DNA from: Macrostomum lignano | Lineage: Eukaryota | Assembly: GCA_002269645.1 (NCBI GenBank) | Contig: NIVC01000957.1 | Coordinates: forward strand, 310,001-374,000 | Length of the DNA stretch: 64,000 nt | Direction: 5' to 3' | In this document: piece after piece, positions 1 to 11,217 of the stretch | Layout of the letters: the number at the start of each line of letters is the position of its first letter | Numbering within the stretch: position 1 is the stretch's first letter | Translations under genes and position numbers: made by a program | The notes under the pieces: generated by a model | Seen by the model: the letters and a program-made list of their open reading frames with translations, nothing else | What the model was told of the DNA's origin: nothing | Database searches by the model: none

Positions 1-1849
1 AGACTTCTAGAAAATTTCTATAAAAAATCTTAAAAATATTAAAGTGCTTAGAAACTTGTTAAAAGATCATTCTTCTTGATTGCCAAGTCGTCAAAACAAG
101 GACGACTTTGTGCTTTAACTTAAGTACTATTTAAAGTCGCCCTGATGCCTGATTGCGTTTTTTCCTACATAGTTAACGCTAATTTAATAAAGTACTAGAA
201 AAAATAAACCTTAAAATGAATTAAAATTTATTATTCAAACTTCTCATTTTAAAAGTCTACTCAATTTATTTTATTGAGAAGTGTTTAACAAATTTTACCT
301 CTTTCTTTTTACTTAGTAGAAATTTAGGCTTAAACTTAAAGCTTTTTGTCTTTAAAATAAAGCGGGTCATCTATTTTTCTATTATGTTACCAGTTTCAGT
401 TTCCTATCTATTCTCGAGACCGGCGACTGTTGAGCGGTGGCGTCGAAGTCATTTCTAGATGCTGTGCTAACCTGAACTCTGAAGAAAAAAATGTGTACGG
501 CCAGATGTTACTTCAAACGGTTAAAGTAACGGTCATGTACGCTTGTATCTTTACGCGACTTTAGTTTGATAACTATAACTTAACAGTTCCTCTGGTCGCT
601 TTAAAGTCATTTAGTTAGGCTAGGGCCGCTAGGCCTATAGGCTACTTGCTGAAAGCATGTATACACAGGGGCAGGGCCTATTTTTAATTATAAATTAGGC
701 CCTAGTTCAACAGTTATTGTCATTGAATTAGAATTATAATGAATTAGGCCTATTAGGCCCTAGAGCCTAGCAAGAGAGCTCTAGGCCCTATTGCTTTGCT
801 AGGACCTGTTATTTAGCCCTTTTTAGTAGGTAGGCATAGGCCTAGGCCTAGAAGAATAGAAGAATAGGCCTAGGCCTAGTCAATTGCTAGGGTTTAGGGT
901 AGGCTAGAAGATACCTAGGCTATGACCCTTTTCTTCATTTGCCTTGATCTTAACTTTTAAAACACTTTAAAAACCATTTACTAACATTAAAACTGACCTG
1001 TGCTGTAAAAATGTACATAGACATCAGACATGTGCATGATTCTGCATGATACTCATTCACCCCTCACCTCTTGGTCAGCCACCCCATAATTTTGTTGTCT
1101 AGTATACAGCCACCTTACTCCCACTATGTATATTTTAATATCAGTTTTAATGTTGGTAAAAACTGATTAGCCAAAATTATAACTTATATACTATTTTAAT
1201 AAAAATTATGCCTACAAATTATGATATATTATGTATAATAGATAGCTACATTATCTAATTGTCTATGTCTAAAGACTTATCCCTAAGCTAGGCCTAGCTT
1301 ACCACAATTTTTTATGTTGTTAGCTAAGCTGCTAAATTAGCCAAGTTGCTTATATCACTAATTAATAACTAGGCCCTAATATACTTTTGTATAGGCCTAT
1401 AATATATCAATGATCAAAAGTTTAATAGTTTATAAAACTAAATCTCAAAATATACTATTCTACTATACCTTAACTTTATTAATATTAGAACTATACAATA
1501 TGCCTCTTGAAAATTAAATAAATAATGTCAATTTTTATGATAAACTTTTAATTAAAAGTTACCTTAAAGCTTCCATTAAAACTATTCTCTGACTTTAGCC
1601 TATGCTACCCCAGCTAATGCAAGTGGTTTTAAGCTATATAACTTGCATCAAAGCTATAAATAGTATTTCAAAAGTTATGAAATTTTTTTATCTAGCCCTA
1701 GGCCTTTTAATTGAAAAAAATGTTTATAAACAAATAAATATAAATGACAACAATATTTTAAGCTTTTTATAATTTATATTCAGTTGTGCAATGCATGCAG
1801 CTAGATCTATTTTTTTATCACAATGTTATTAGCTTATAGAAAAAAAACT

Positions 1850-1960
1850 GGCTATCCTGTAGTTTCGCACGTTTAATTATTTCCGGAATTATTTCGCCCT
1901 CTATTCAAGGGTGGTGGGGGGTGGGGGTTGGAATTAAACGTGAGAAACTATAGGTTAGCC
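1850..1960. mobile_element. Small MITE-like element (29-bp imperfect TIRs, possible 9-bp TSD, Mutator-like)
   Basis: 1850-1878 GGCTATCCTGTAGTTTCGCACGTTTAATT is the reverse complement of 1932-1960 with 3 mismatches. Flanks are AAAAAAACT (1841-1849) and AAAAAACCT (1961-1969). Confidence 0.5.
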
Positions 1961-3622
1961 AAAAAACCTAAAATTTAAATCAGGACCATTAAAATCAATT
2001 ATTGTAGTATAAATACTATTAGAATTATATTGAAACTGGAACTTTATATTTAATTCTATTTTATTTTATATCTTTTCTAATTTTACTAACTTCTAGATAA
2101 TAAAATATATAATAATAATAATAATAAATGTGCTATAACTAAGCAATAAGCTAATCACTTACTTAGCTTAAGGTAATAATTATAGTTTGTTGTATTTATG
2201 CAATAATTTTATATTTCTTGAAGCTATCTTAGTGATTTGGAAAGATACAGTAATGAGTAATAAATTATAGGCCTATAAAGTTTCTTGAAAATCTATAGGC
2301 CTAAAAATCTTTAATTTATTTTAAATATATTAAAAACATTTCACAGTCACTTTTAAATATATTCCATAGATAATATTCTATTTTTATGTCTACATGCAAT
2401 ATGCCAAGGTCATAATGTCATTGAGATCTATATATTTATAGGTGGAAAGGATAGACTAATGGTTTGCAAAGTGAAGACTAGATAGGGGTTAGAAAGCATG
2501 GACTAAAGGGACTAGGAAGACTAAATAATTGCTGCCTTAGAGATCCCTAAACATAAATAAATGGATACTAAAGAATTTCGCATGTACTGCTTTGCTATAG
2601 TTTGTTTTTAAGGCACTTTTCAAGTATAGAAAGAACAAACCAATGTATTATGATTAAATTATTAGATATATGTTCATCAAACTTGAGCTAATATATGGCA
2701 AAAACATTTAAAGCAAACTTTTATTTGAAGTAAATATTTGATTTTCCCCATAATTCCTGATTATTGAAAAAAATATTGTGTTAGTAATATTGATTTTAGT
2801 ATAGAATTTCATATTTTATTGATGCAAGAATCTTATATGTGCTTTCTTTCTATTATCAAAGCAGAACTTAGTTGAAATTGCATTGATCATGTCTGCATAG
2901 TAGTACTATTAATAATCACAAGAGAGTTGCAGACACTCTAGTGTACCTATTATGGCCTTGGCACTGACTTGGTGCATTTTAAAGAGGCTTGGGCTATTTT
3001 GATATTGGAAGCATAGATAGAGCAGACCAGAGTAGCTGAAATGATCTGATCTAGCTTGTATTGCCAAAAATCAGGTCTGGTTTCTTGAGTTCCATGTATA
3101 ACCTGTGCCCAAATGCATAATCGCAACCTTGCTGAAATCAACAAGAAACAAGGAAACCCTGATCGCAGCCTTTTGCAATGTTTGCTCCATCTTCCATGAA
3201 TATCTCAGCAGTCAAGTGATTAACCCTGTCCTTGGCACTCAACCTCCCAATGTTGAACCATCTGAGCACATGCTCAGTTCTCGCCTCTTACCAAGCTCAG
3301 ATCAAAAGTCCCCTCTGCTGCAAATTTTCCACCCCTGTGGCTGCACTGAGGTAACCGTCAAGCACCCGTTGCACTGACTCCTGAGCACATGCAAGCGCGC
3401 CAATACTGAAGCCAGGCACGCACTCATACATATGCTCACACCAGGCTGTACAGCGGCCCTGACTTGTCAGGCATGTGCACTGTGCCTTCGGGGTGCTTGG
3501 GCCTCATGGGTTTGCATCGCAAGACAATGAACTAGGGGAACCGATCCATGTTGCAAGAGTCGAATGCATGAACTATGAACCTGCTCTACCCCTCTATCCG
3601 GGGGGTAGTTGATCATACATGA

Positions 3623-3802
3623 GCAACCTTTGGAATCACCCGGCCGTTTCTATTGGCAACACACACATGTAAGTCGCTATTGGCTGAGAACAGTCAAGAA
3701 AGAGCAGTCACGTGACTACTATTCTGTCCAATAGCGACTTACATGTGTGTGTGTGTGTGTGTGTGTTGCCAATAGAAACGGCCAGGTGAATCCCTAGGTT
3801 GC
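3623..3802. repeat. Long inverted repeat (hairpin) upstream of STUB1, with a 12-bp palindrome AGTCACGTGACT in the loop
   Basis: Arm 3642-3683 (GGCCGTTTCTATTGGCAACACACACATGTAAGTCGCTATTGG) pairs with 3728-3783 apart from a (GT)n expansion in the right arm. Imperfect pairing extends out to 3623/3802. Confidence 0.8.
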
Positions 3803-3907
3803 GCCCAAGCATGTAATTGATGATAAACCATAAAATGAAATGCCAATAACGGGACTTGTTAATTGCAGATTATCAGAGCCAATAGCAGTCTCCGCCGTTA
3901 GAATTCG

Positions 3908-4234
3908 ATGGACAGCAGCAAAAAGACGCCAAACGAGCTCAAAGAGAATGGCAATCGCCTGTTCGCCCTGGGCCGCTACAAAGAGGCCATCGCCTGCTAC
4001 ACCTCCGCTATAGAGAAGTCGCCGCGCGTGTCCAAGTTCTATTCCAATCGGGCCATCTGCCACATCAAGCTGAAGGACTGGGACCGCTCCGTGGAGGACA
4101 GCCGGCGTGCCATCGAATTGGACGGCCGGAGCGTCAAGGGGCATTTCTTTCTGGGCATGGCCCTGACCGAGCTGCAACGGTTTGACGAGGCTGTTATGCA
4201 CCTGAGCAAGGCGCACGACCAGGCTAGAGAGCAG
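3908..4234 (+). CDS. STUB1: E3 ubiquitin ligase CHIP, exon 1 (TPR domain)
   Basis: ELKENGNRLF...EAIACY..AI...FYSNRAICHIKL..W...VED.RRAIELD..SVKGHFFLG matches the CHIP TPR repeats. Donor is GAGCAG|GTGCGA at 4235, phase 0. Confidence 0.93.
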
Positions 4235-4459
4235 GTGCGACTCTTTGTTGTCAAATCAATACACTGCTTGCCTTTTTAGATTTCTGTTGTGCTATGCAAT
4301 TTTTTAGCTTGGTTGCTGGGAAATTTCATGTATGTTCAGATAGGGATAACCCGGATAATTGGGATTGCAGGTAGGGAAAATGGAATTCTAAGATAGCTTT
4401 TTCGGTATTTTATTTTGGGATAATGGCATTTTGAAAGAAGGAAAATTTACGTGTGGAAT

Positions 4460-4880
4460 AATTTGATTCCTGACGAGGGATAATGGGATTCCTGACAATA
4501 GATAATGGGATTCCTGACAAGAGATAATGGGATTCCTGACAAGGCATTGTATGATTCCTGACAAGGGAATGTGATTCCTGACAAGGGATAATGGGATTCC
4601 TGACAAATGATTATCTTGGTATTCCTGACGAGGGATTATGAGATTCCTGAGAAGGGATAATGTGATTCCTGACAAGAGATAATGGGATTTCTGACCAGGT
4701 ATTGTGGGATTCTGACAATGGATAATGGAATTCGTGACAAGGGATAATGGGATTCCTGACAAGGGATAATGGGATTCCTGACAAGGGATAATGGAATTCC
4801 TGACAAGGGCTAGGAGGGTACTGACAGGGATGATGGTGTTCTTGACACTGATAATTAAATTACAGATGGGGATAATGGGA
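4460..4880 (+). repeat. 22-bp minisatellite (CTGACAAGGGATAATGGGATTC) in the STUB1 intron
   Basis: Directly visible tandem units that become degenerate at the edges. Confidence 0.9.
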
Positions 4881-4955
4881 TTTCAGTGTTGGATCAGTTC
4901 CATCTTTACAATCGGCATGCACTTGTACTCGTATTCCCCAATGTCACCCACGCAG

Positions 4956-5507
4956 GGCCTGAATTTCGGCGACGACATTGCTGCAGAGGTGCGCCGCGCC
5001 AAGCGCTCCAAATTCGACCAGCAGGAGCGCCGGCGCCTGGCCCAGGAGATCGAACTCCAGACCTACCTGAACGACCTCATCGAGGCCGATCGTCGTCGGC
5101 GTCGTGCAGAAGTCGAAAACTCTAAAAGCGCCGAAGCCGGCGCCGCTGCCGGAGCGACAGCCGACCCGCAGACGGCCTCGGAGCTGGCGGCCATCGACCA
5201 GCACTGCACCGACATGACAGCCCGCCTGGCCGACCTTCTGGCCACTGTCGACGATAGGCGTCGGAAACGCGACGTTCCCGAAGTGCTCTGCGGCAAGATC
5301 AGCTTCGACCTGATGCGCGACCCCGTGATCTCCCCGTCCGGCATCACCTACGACAGGCGCGACATCGAGGACCACCTGCATCGGGTCGGCCACTTCGACC
5401 CCATCACTAGGAAGCCGCTGACAGTTGAACAGCTGGTGCCCAACCTGGCCATGAAGGAGGTGGTCAGCACCTTCCTGGAGACCAATCCGTGGGCTGAGGA
5501 CTTCTGA
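4956..5507 (+). CDS. STUB1: CHIP exon 2 (coiled coil + U-box); spliced protein about 292 aa
   Basis: Acceptor CACGCAG|GGC gives EQ|GLNFGDDI. The U-box reads [50 protein letters not shown]...[13 protein letters not shown], with stop TGA at 5505-5507. Confidence 0.93.
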   Translation, partial: GLNFGDDIAAEVRRAKRSKFDQQERRRLAQEIELQTYLNDLIEADRRRRRAEVENSKSAEAGAAAGATADPQTASELAAIDQHCTDMTARLADLLATVDDRRRKRDVPEVLCGKISFDLMRDPVISPSGITYDRRDIEDHLHRVGHFDPITRKPLTVEQLVPNLAMKEVVSTFLETNPWAEDF

Positions 5508-5639
5508 CAGCTTTGAAGCGCATCGAACAGCTTCCGTCTTTGTTTGTTCTATCTTTGTTTCGTCTTTGTAGGCAAGTAGACAGGGCTAGCTAAGATATTC
5601 ACACAGACAGACACACGCTAAACCATAAAGAGACACTAC

Positions 5640-6077
5640 GTCACATAGACTGACAGAGGGACAGACAATGTGACAGACATACAGACACTATGACTGACAG
5701 ACAGACAGACAGACACTATGACTGACAGACAGACACTGCGACTGACAGACAGACGGACAGACAGACAGACAGACGGACAGACAGACAGACGGACAGACAG
5801 ACAGACGGACAGCAATATGACAGACAGACAGACACTATGACTGACAGACAGACAGACAGACACTATGACTGACAGACAGACACTGCGACTGACAGACAGA
5901 CGGACAGACAGACAGACAGACGGACAGACAGACAGACGGACAGCAATATGACAGACAGACAGACACTATGACTGACAGACAGACAGACAGACACTATGAC
6001 TGACAGACAGACAGACAGACACTATGACTGACAGACAGACAGGCAGACACTATGACTGACAGACATACAGATACTAT

Positions 6078-6119
<42 letters not shown>

Positions 6120-6140
6120 AAGACAGAAAGACAGACAAAC
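5640..6140 (+). repeat. (GACA)n-derived composite microsatellite
   Basis: GACA runs interrupted by recurring CTATGACT/CTGCGACT units. Confidence 0.9.
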
Positions 6141-6779
6141 GAATAGACAGACACACAAGGATAGACCTGCAGGTACTCAAGACCGACACTAGCACAGAAG
6201 GGCAGGCAGGGAGACAGGCACATGCATACGCGTGCATAGACAATCGCAATCAGCTGTTGCAGCGGCTACAAGTTTCTCTCAGCCCCCACTCACCCCAATA
6301 AGTGCATTGCTGTTCACAAACTAATCCATCACTTATCCAATGCTGCACCCCACTGAACTGGCCGCACGCAGGTGGTCCCATAAATTAGCTGGCTCACTGT
6401 GATATTTCAGTATTTGTTTTCGCAGATCTGTCGCCACTTATTCGGGGTTGAATTGCCTAGTCGAACTGGCTGTAGTGCCGCCTATGTAGAATTTTTGTCG
6501 CCTAATTTACTAATCTCAATTCGAAAATCCCTTATGTAAAAGATTACCATTTCTATTGATTAATCTTGCTTGCAATGCTAATGTTATTTGTATGTTAATG
6601 CGCTCCAAAAGCTACTTGAATTAGTAGTTTGTAGTTGTAATTACTCTTAATTAAGACCTTGCGTTAAATGTTATTTAAGTAACTGTTTGCGTTTTATTTA
6701 ACCGCAGTATGTAAAAGGCTGCGCTTAGCTTTGAGCTTTTTTATTACATCGCTATTACCTACTGTATATACAGTACATT

Positions 6780-7190
6780 TCTCTAAGCTACTAAACATTC
6801 CTCTTAGCTACTGTACATTCTTATTAGCTAGTGTACAGTCCCATAAGCTACTGAACACTCCTATTAGCTATTGTACATTCCTATTAGCTACTGTACATCC
6901 CTATTAGCTACTCTATCCCTTATTAGCTGTTGTACTCACATATTAGCTAGTGTATATTCTCATTAGCTAATGTACATCCCCATTAGCTACTGAACATTCC
7001 TATAAGCTACTGAACTTTCCCATTAGCTACTGAACATTCCTAAAAGCTAGTTTACATTCCCATTAGCTATTCAACATTCCAATTAGCTACTGAACATTCC
7101 CATTAGCTAGTGTACATTCCCATTAGCTACTGAATATTCCTCTAAGCTACTGAACATCCCTATTAGCTACTGAACATCCATATTAGTTAC
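6780..7190 (+). repeat. 20-bp minisatellite (CCATTAGCTACTGAACATTC)
   Basis: About 20 degenerate tandem units. Confidence 0.85.
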
Positions 7191-7323
7191 ACTGTAGTCG
7201 TCAGCAGCCCTGCACATACAACAGGATTCCCCACAAGCCCAGGTACATTAGCGCTGTCCCCCAGCCGCCACCAGCATCAGCCCTCAACAAGCCACTTGTG
7301 AATTCCAGCAGCGCACCTGAGCC

Positions 7324-10300
7324 ATGTCAGCCAGCGGCTCCTCTTCCTCCGCCTCATCCTCGGCCGCCGCCGCCGCCCAGCCGCCCGCTGGCGGTGGCGA
7401 AGACCGCAAACGGGCGCCGCCGCCTCGCAAGCTGCTCCGCCTCGATCCCGAAGCCGCCGCCAACGCTGCCGCAGTCAACAAGATGTCGCCGAGGCCGCTG
7501 TCTCCGGCGGACAGGTGCGCCATCTGCCTGTCGGAGCCGGAGAACATCTCGTACGCGTACTCCTGCCTGCACCGCTACTGCTTCGCCTGCCTGCTAGAAT
7601 GGTCCAAGCGCAAGCCCGAGTGCCCGCAGTGCAAGCGGCCCTTCAGCTCCATCATTCACAATGTCCGAGCCGACGACGACTATGACGAGTACGCCGTGCC
7701 CGTCAATACGGCCGCAGCCGCCGCCGCCGCCGCAATGGCCGCCGTGGCATCGCGGATGGCCTTCACGCCGGCTACCGCCGCCGCTGCCGCCGCGGCAGCT
7801 GCAGCCGCCAGAAACAACGGTGGCGCAGGCGGCGGTTCCAGCAGCGGAGCCGGTGACGGCGGTGACCACGGTCCCCACTTCGGGGCCGGGTCGGCCTTCG
7901 GCTACCAGCACCTGTTCGGCGGCCCCAGGCACCACCGGCAGCAGCGGGCGGGCCTGGAGGAGATGCGCATCGACCTCACCGGAGCTGCCGAGGCTGGCGA
8001 CGCGGGCGGACGGCACGCAGCCTACCACCGCCACCATGTCGGCTTCCTGCAGATCCCCCCACAGCTGCCTCCGCACCCGCCGGCCGCGCACCACCGGTGG
8101 CAGCAGTTCCGGTACCAGATGCGCGTTCGCGGCGACCAACCCGGATCAGCCGCCGCTGCCTCATCAGATGCGGCCGCCGCCGTCCCAGAATCGGCTGAGG
8201 AAATTCGCAGGAACCGCCGCCTGCTGTACCAGCGCCGCATGTACCCGGTGGCCTCAGCCACCCAGCCAGACGGTGACATTGTCCGCGACGTGTCCCCGTC
8301 CTTCGACACCTGCGAGACCCAGCGTCACCGTCTCGTGCCGTTCCTTCTGCGCGAGCTGTCCTGCGCCGGCTGCCCGGACCCCATGGTGGCGCAGCGCATC
8401 GTGCACCACATCCTGCGCCTGGTGCGGCACCACCGCATCGACTCCGCCGTGTTTCAGCGCATCATGACCGCCTATCTCGGCGGCAAAGGGCGCCACTTCT
8501 GCGACGAGCTGCTGGCCTTCGCTCGGTCCCGACACGAGACCATCGCCCAGTACGATCAGGCGGTTGTCTACGCGGTGCGCGAAGCGCCGTCGCCTCCCCC
8601 GGCGCCGCTGACCGACGCCGATGCCGACTCGCTGTCCGAGGAGCTCCGCCGGGTGGCCCGCAACCAGCGGCCCGGACCGACCCCGCTGGAGCCGGATGAT
8701 GCCGAGCCCCAGCTGCCGCCGCAGCACCATCACAACTACCACTTTCTGCAGTACCAACCCCAGACAGTCACGCTGCAGCCACCGCATCAGCAGCACTATC
8801 GCCAACAGTTCCAGCTTCCCAGAGTATCCTATCAGCCTCATCATCCACAGCAGCCTCAGCAGCAGCAGCAGCAGCGGCAGTCCTCTTCGTCCTGGCGCGG
8901 TCTCTTTGACCTGTACGCCTACTCGCCCCAGTACCAGCAGCCGCAGCCGCAGCATCAGCAGTTCCCTCTGCCGCCTTCACCGCCGCCGCTGCCGCCGCAG
9001 TCTGTCGGCCCGGCGCCGGCTGCCGATGACGAAGCCGACGACTACCTGCTGAACGGCATCATCCGCCACCTGCGCCCGCAGAGTCCCTGGCCGGCTGCGG
9101 TCTCGGGCAGGCGGTCGCACAGGCAGCCGCAGCACCCGGCGCCGCCTCTCGGCCCACCGCCGGCCAACTTGCTGGACGATTCGGGCGCCGCTGCCTGGCC
9201 CTACGGCGAGGTGCACTTTTTCGATGCCAACTCCTGGACCTACGGCAATCCGCAGCCGGACCAGCGGCTACCAGAGTCAACAAACGACGGCAAGGGGGTC
9301 CAAAACGACGCAGCCAGTGCGGACTCGGGCCGGCCCGCCGCCGATGCGCCGCAGGTGATCGTGGAGATGATCAGCGACGATGACAACGTGCCCACCAGCG
9401 TGGCAAACGCCACCGGCGAGCTCACGATCTCCGATTCGGTGAGGGCGGCGTCCCTGTCAACTTCGGCCGCCGTCAGCGACTCGGACAGCTCCGAGACCGG
9501 CAGCTCAGACGGCGAAGAGCGCGATCGCGACGGTGGTGAAGACGCCGCCGCAGATGCCGACGGTCCGGCCAGCGACAGCGACTCCTGCGTCATCGTCGGC
9601 TACGAGCGGCCGTGGGAGGAGCGAACCCCCATCAGTCCGAGGCCGCCGCCGATGAGGAAGACTCCGCTGACGAGGCAGACACCGGCCAGCGGGTCAAGTC
9701 CGAGCGTCGGGGCCTCCTGGCTTCGGCGCCGCTGCTGTCCGGAGATGCTGAGTATCGAGGGCGATGGTCAAACAGCCGGGCCGTCCACCAGCGGCTTCGG
9801 CGACTTCGTTGAAGACAATCAGCCGACCGACGGCAACGCGTCGACTCGACCAAAGCCCTCAACGTCCGGCTTCGTTCGTCGTCGCAGGCGACGGCAGTGG
9901 GAGCCGCCTTCGCCGCCGCGTGAAGATTCAGAGGACAGCGCGGACAGCGACGTTGTGGTCGTCTCCGTCGGCTGGGCGACGCCCCCGCCTGTCGGCTTGT
10001 CTGGCGGCCTGTCGCCGGCGGCTACGGCGGCTGCCACCGCCGCCGATTTCCGACGTCGGGCTCGACAATTCGAAAATCGCTGCCGCCAGCTGCGGCGCCG
10101 AGATCAGCGGCGGGCGCTGCGACGGCACCGGCAGGCTGAGATGTCGTCCGCCTCGTCCTCCGCTGCCACCTCGTCGGCGTCGGACATTGTCAGCAACGCG
10201 GCAACCGCCGGCGATTCTTCAGTAGCTGCGGAGCCGGCCGAGTCCACCCTTGTGCTGGACGACGGCTCCCTGCTGCTGTCCGACCTTCTCGAGACTGCCG

Positions 10301-10332
10301 CCATGGCCGCCGCTCAGGAATATCGCGAGTAG
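7324..10332 (+). CDS. TOPORS: TOPORS-like RING-HC E3 ubiquitin/SUMO ligase, apparently single exon, 1002 aa
   Basis: The C3HC4 RING CAICLSEPENISYAYSCLHRYCFACLLEWSKRKPECPQCKRPFSSIIHNVRADDDYDEY, the HRLVPFLLREL block and SDSCVIVGYERPWEERTP all match recalled Topors motifs. The ORF is open for 3009 bp. Confidence 0.88.
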   Translation: MSASGSSSSASSSAAAAAQPPAGGGEDRKRAPPPRKLLRLDPEAAANAAAVNKMSPRPLSPADRCAICLSEPENISYAYSCLHRYCFACLLEWSKRKPECPQCKRPFSSIIHNVRADDDYDEYAVPVNTAAAAAAAAMAAVASRMAFTPATAAAAAAAAAAARNNGGAGGGSSSGAGDGGDHGPHFGAGSAFGYQHLFGGPRHHRQQRAGLEEMRIDLTGAAEAGDAGGRHAAYHRHHVGFLQIPPQLPPHPPAAHHRWQQFRYQMRVRGDQPGSAAAASSDAAAAVPESAEEIRRNRRLLYQRRMYPVASATQPDGDIVRDVSPSFDTCETQRHRLVPFLLRELSCAGCPDPMVAQRIVHHILRLVRHHRIDSAVFQRIMTAYLGGKGRHFCDELLAFARSRHETIAQYDQAVVYAVREAPSPPPAPLTDADADSLSEELRRVARNQRPGPTPLEPDDAEPQLPPQHHHNYHFLQYQPQTVTLQPPHQQHYRQQFQLPRVSYQPHHPQQPQQQQQQRQSSSSWRGLFDLYAYSPQYQQPQPQHQQFPLPPSPPPLPPQSVGPAPAADDEADDYLLNGIIRHLRPQSPWPAAVSGRRSHRQPQHPAPPLGPPPANLLDDSGAAAWPYGEVHFFDANSWTYGNPQPDQRLPESTNDGKGVQNDAASADSGRPAADAPQVIVEMISDDDNVPTSVANATGELTISDSVRAASLSTSAAVSDSDSSETGSSDGEERDRDGGEDAAADADGPASDSDSCVIVGYERPWEERTPISPRPPPMRKTPLTRQTPASGSSPSVGASWLRRRCCPEMLSIEGDGQTAGPSTSGFGDFVEDNQPTDGNASTRPKPSTSGFVRRRRRRQWEPPSPPREDSEDSADSDVVVVSVGWATPPPVGLSGGLSPAATAAATAADFRRRARQFENRCRQLRRRDQRRALRRHRQAEMSSASSSAATSSASDIVSNAATAGDSSVAAEPAESTLVLDDGSLLLSDLLETAAMAAAQEYRE

Positions 10333-11217
10333 AGCCGGCTGCTTCCTTCTTCATGTGCTGAGCTGCAATGCAATTTATGAGGTTGCAACTACGAAATCTT
10401 TCATGCTGAACAGACGGAATCTTGTGAAAGCAGTTTATTGCCTAATAGAAAAGTTCAAATTCGCGTTTAGTCCGTGCGGTTTCCCCGGGTTCCTTTGCAA
10501 GTATTATTCGGATAAAATATTCAAGGTTTTTTGTATTTATTTATAGTAATATGGCCTATGTAATATGAGCTATGCACTTTACTACTCACAGACTTCTGCA
10601 GTAGTGTAGTCCGACTATTGCTTCAATTTATTTGTGGAGTTTTTTAGTGCTTGTTTTATCCCCATAAAATTTCTTTGTAACTGTATAATTTCTCTCCATT
10701 GTATAAAAGCTTATTGCCGAATTCACCGCCTGCACCTCAGTCTGGGGTCATCGAGTGCGTTATGACTCGGATCATAAAAAACTCTACTGAATAAACTGCC
10801 TCTTAATCAACTTTTAATATTTTTACAATCGCTTCCAAAGCGTCATAGAAGCTTTGCATAAATGTTGGCAGACTTTGCTATTTATTAGATAATTATAATT
10901 AATACCTGCCTACCCAGCACATCCTACTTTCTCTAGTAACCTGATTTGAGCATTGCGCGAACTTTCCGTTTCTTATCAACAACATGTTTGAGAGAAGCTC
11001 CCCTCACCTTGTACCTCAGACTGGCTCAAGTCTTGGCCATGGGACACCAAGGCTCCTGCTTACTATTTGATTAGTTTAGTGTTTGCCTATATATAAATAT
11101 GAAATATTTATAAATATACATTTTTATTACATTGTTCCGTGTTTTAATTATAATATTGATGTTTTTTGTTTTTTATCACATTGATATCTAGTTTTGTATA
11201 CTTCTTCAATGATGGTT

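Noticed and set aside
2950-3420. Possible degenerate APE-endonuclease remnant on the - strand (GDF*SELG, YTWNS, SDH-like words)
   Set aside because: The motifs are short, spread over frames and interrupted by stops; a profile search is needed to support it.
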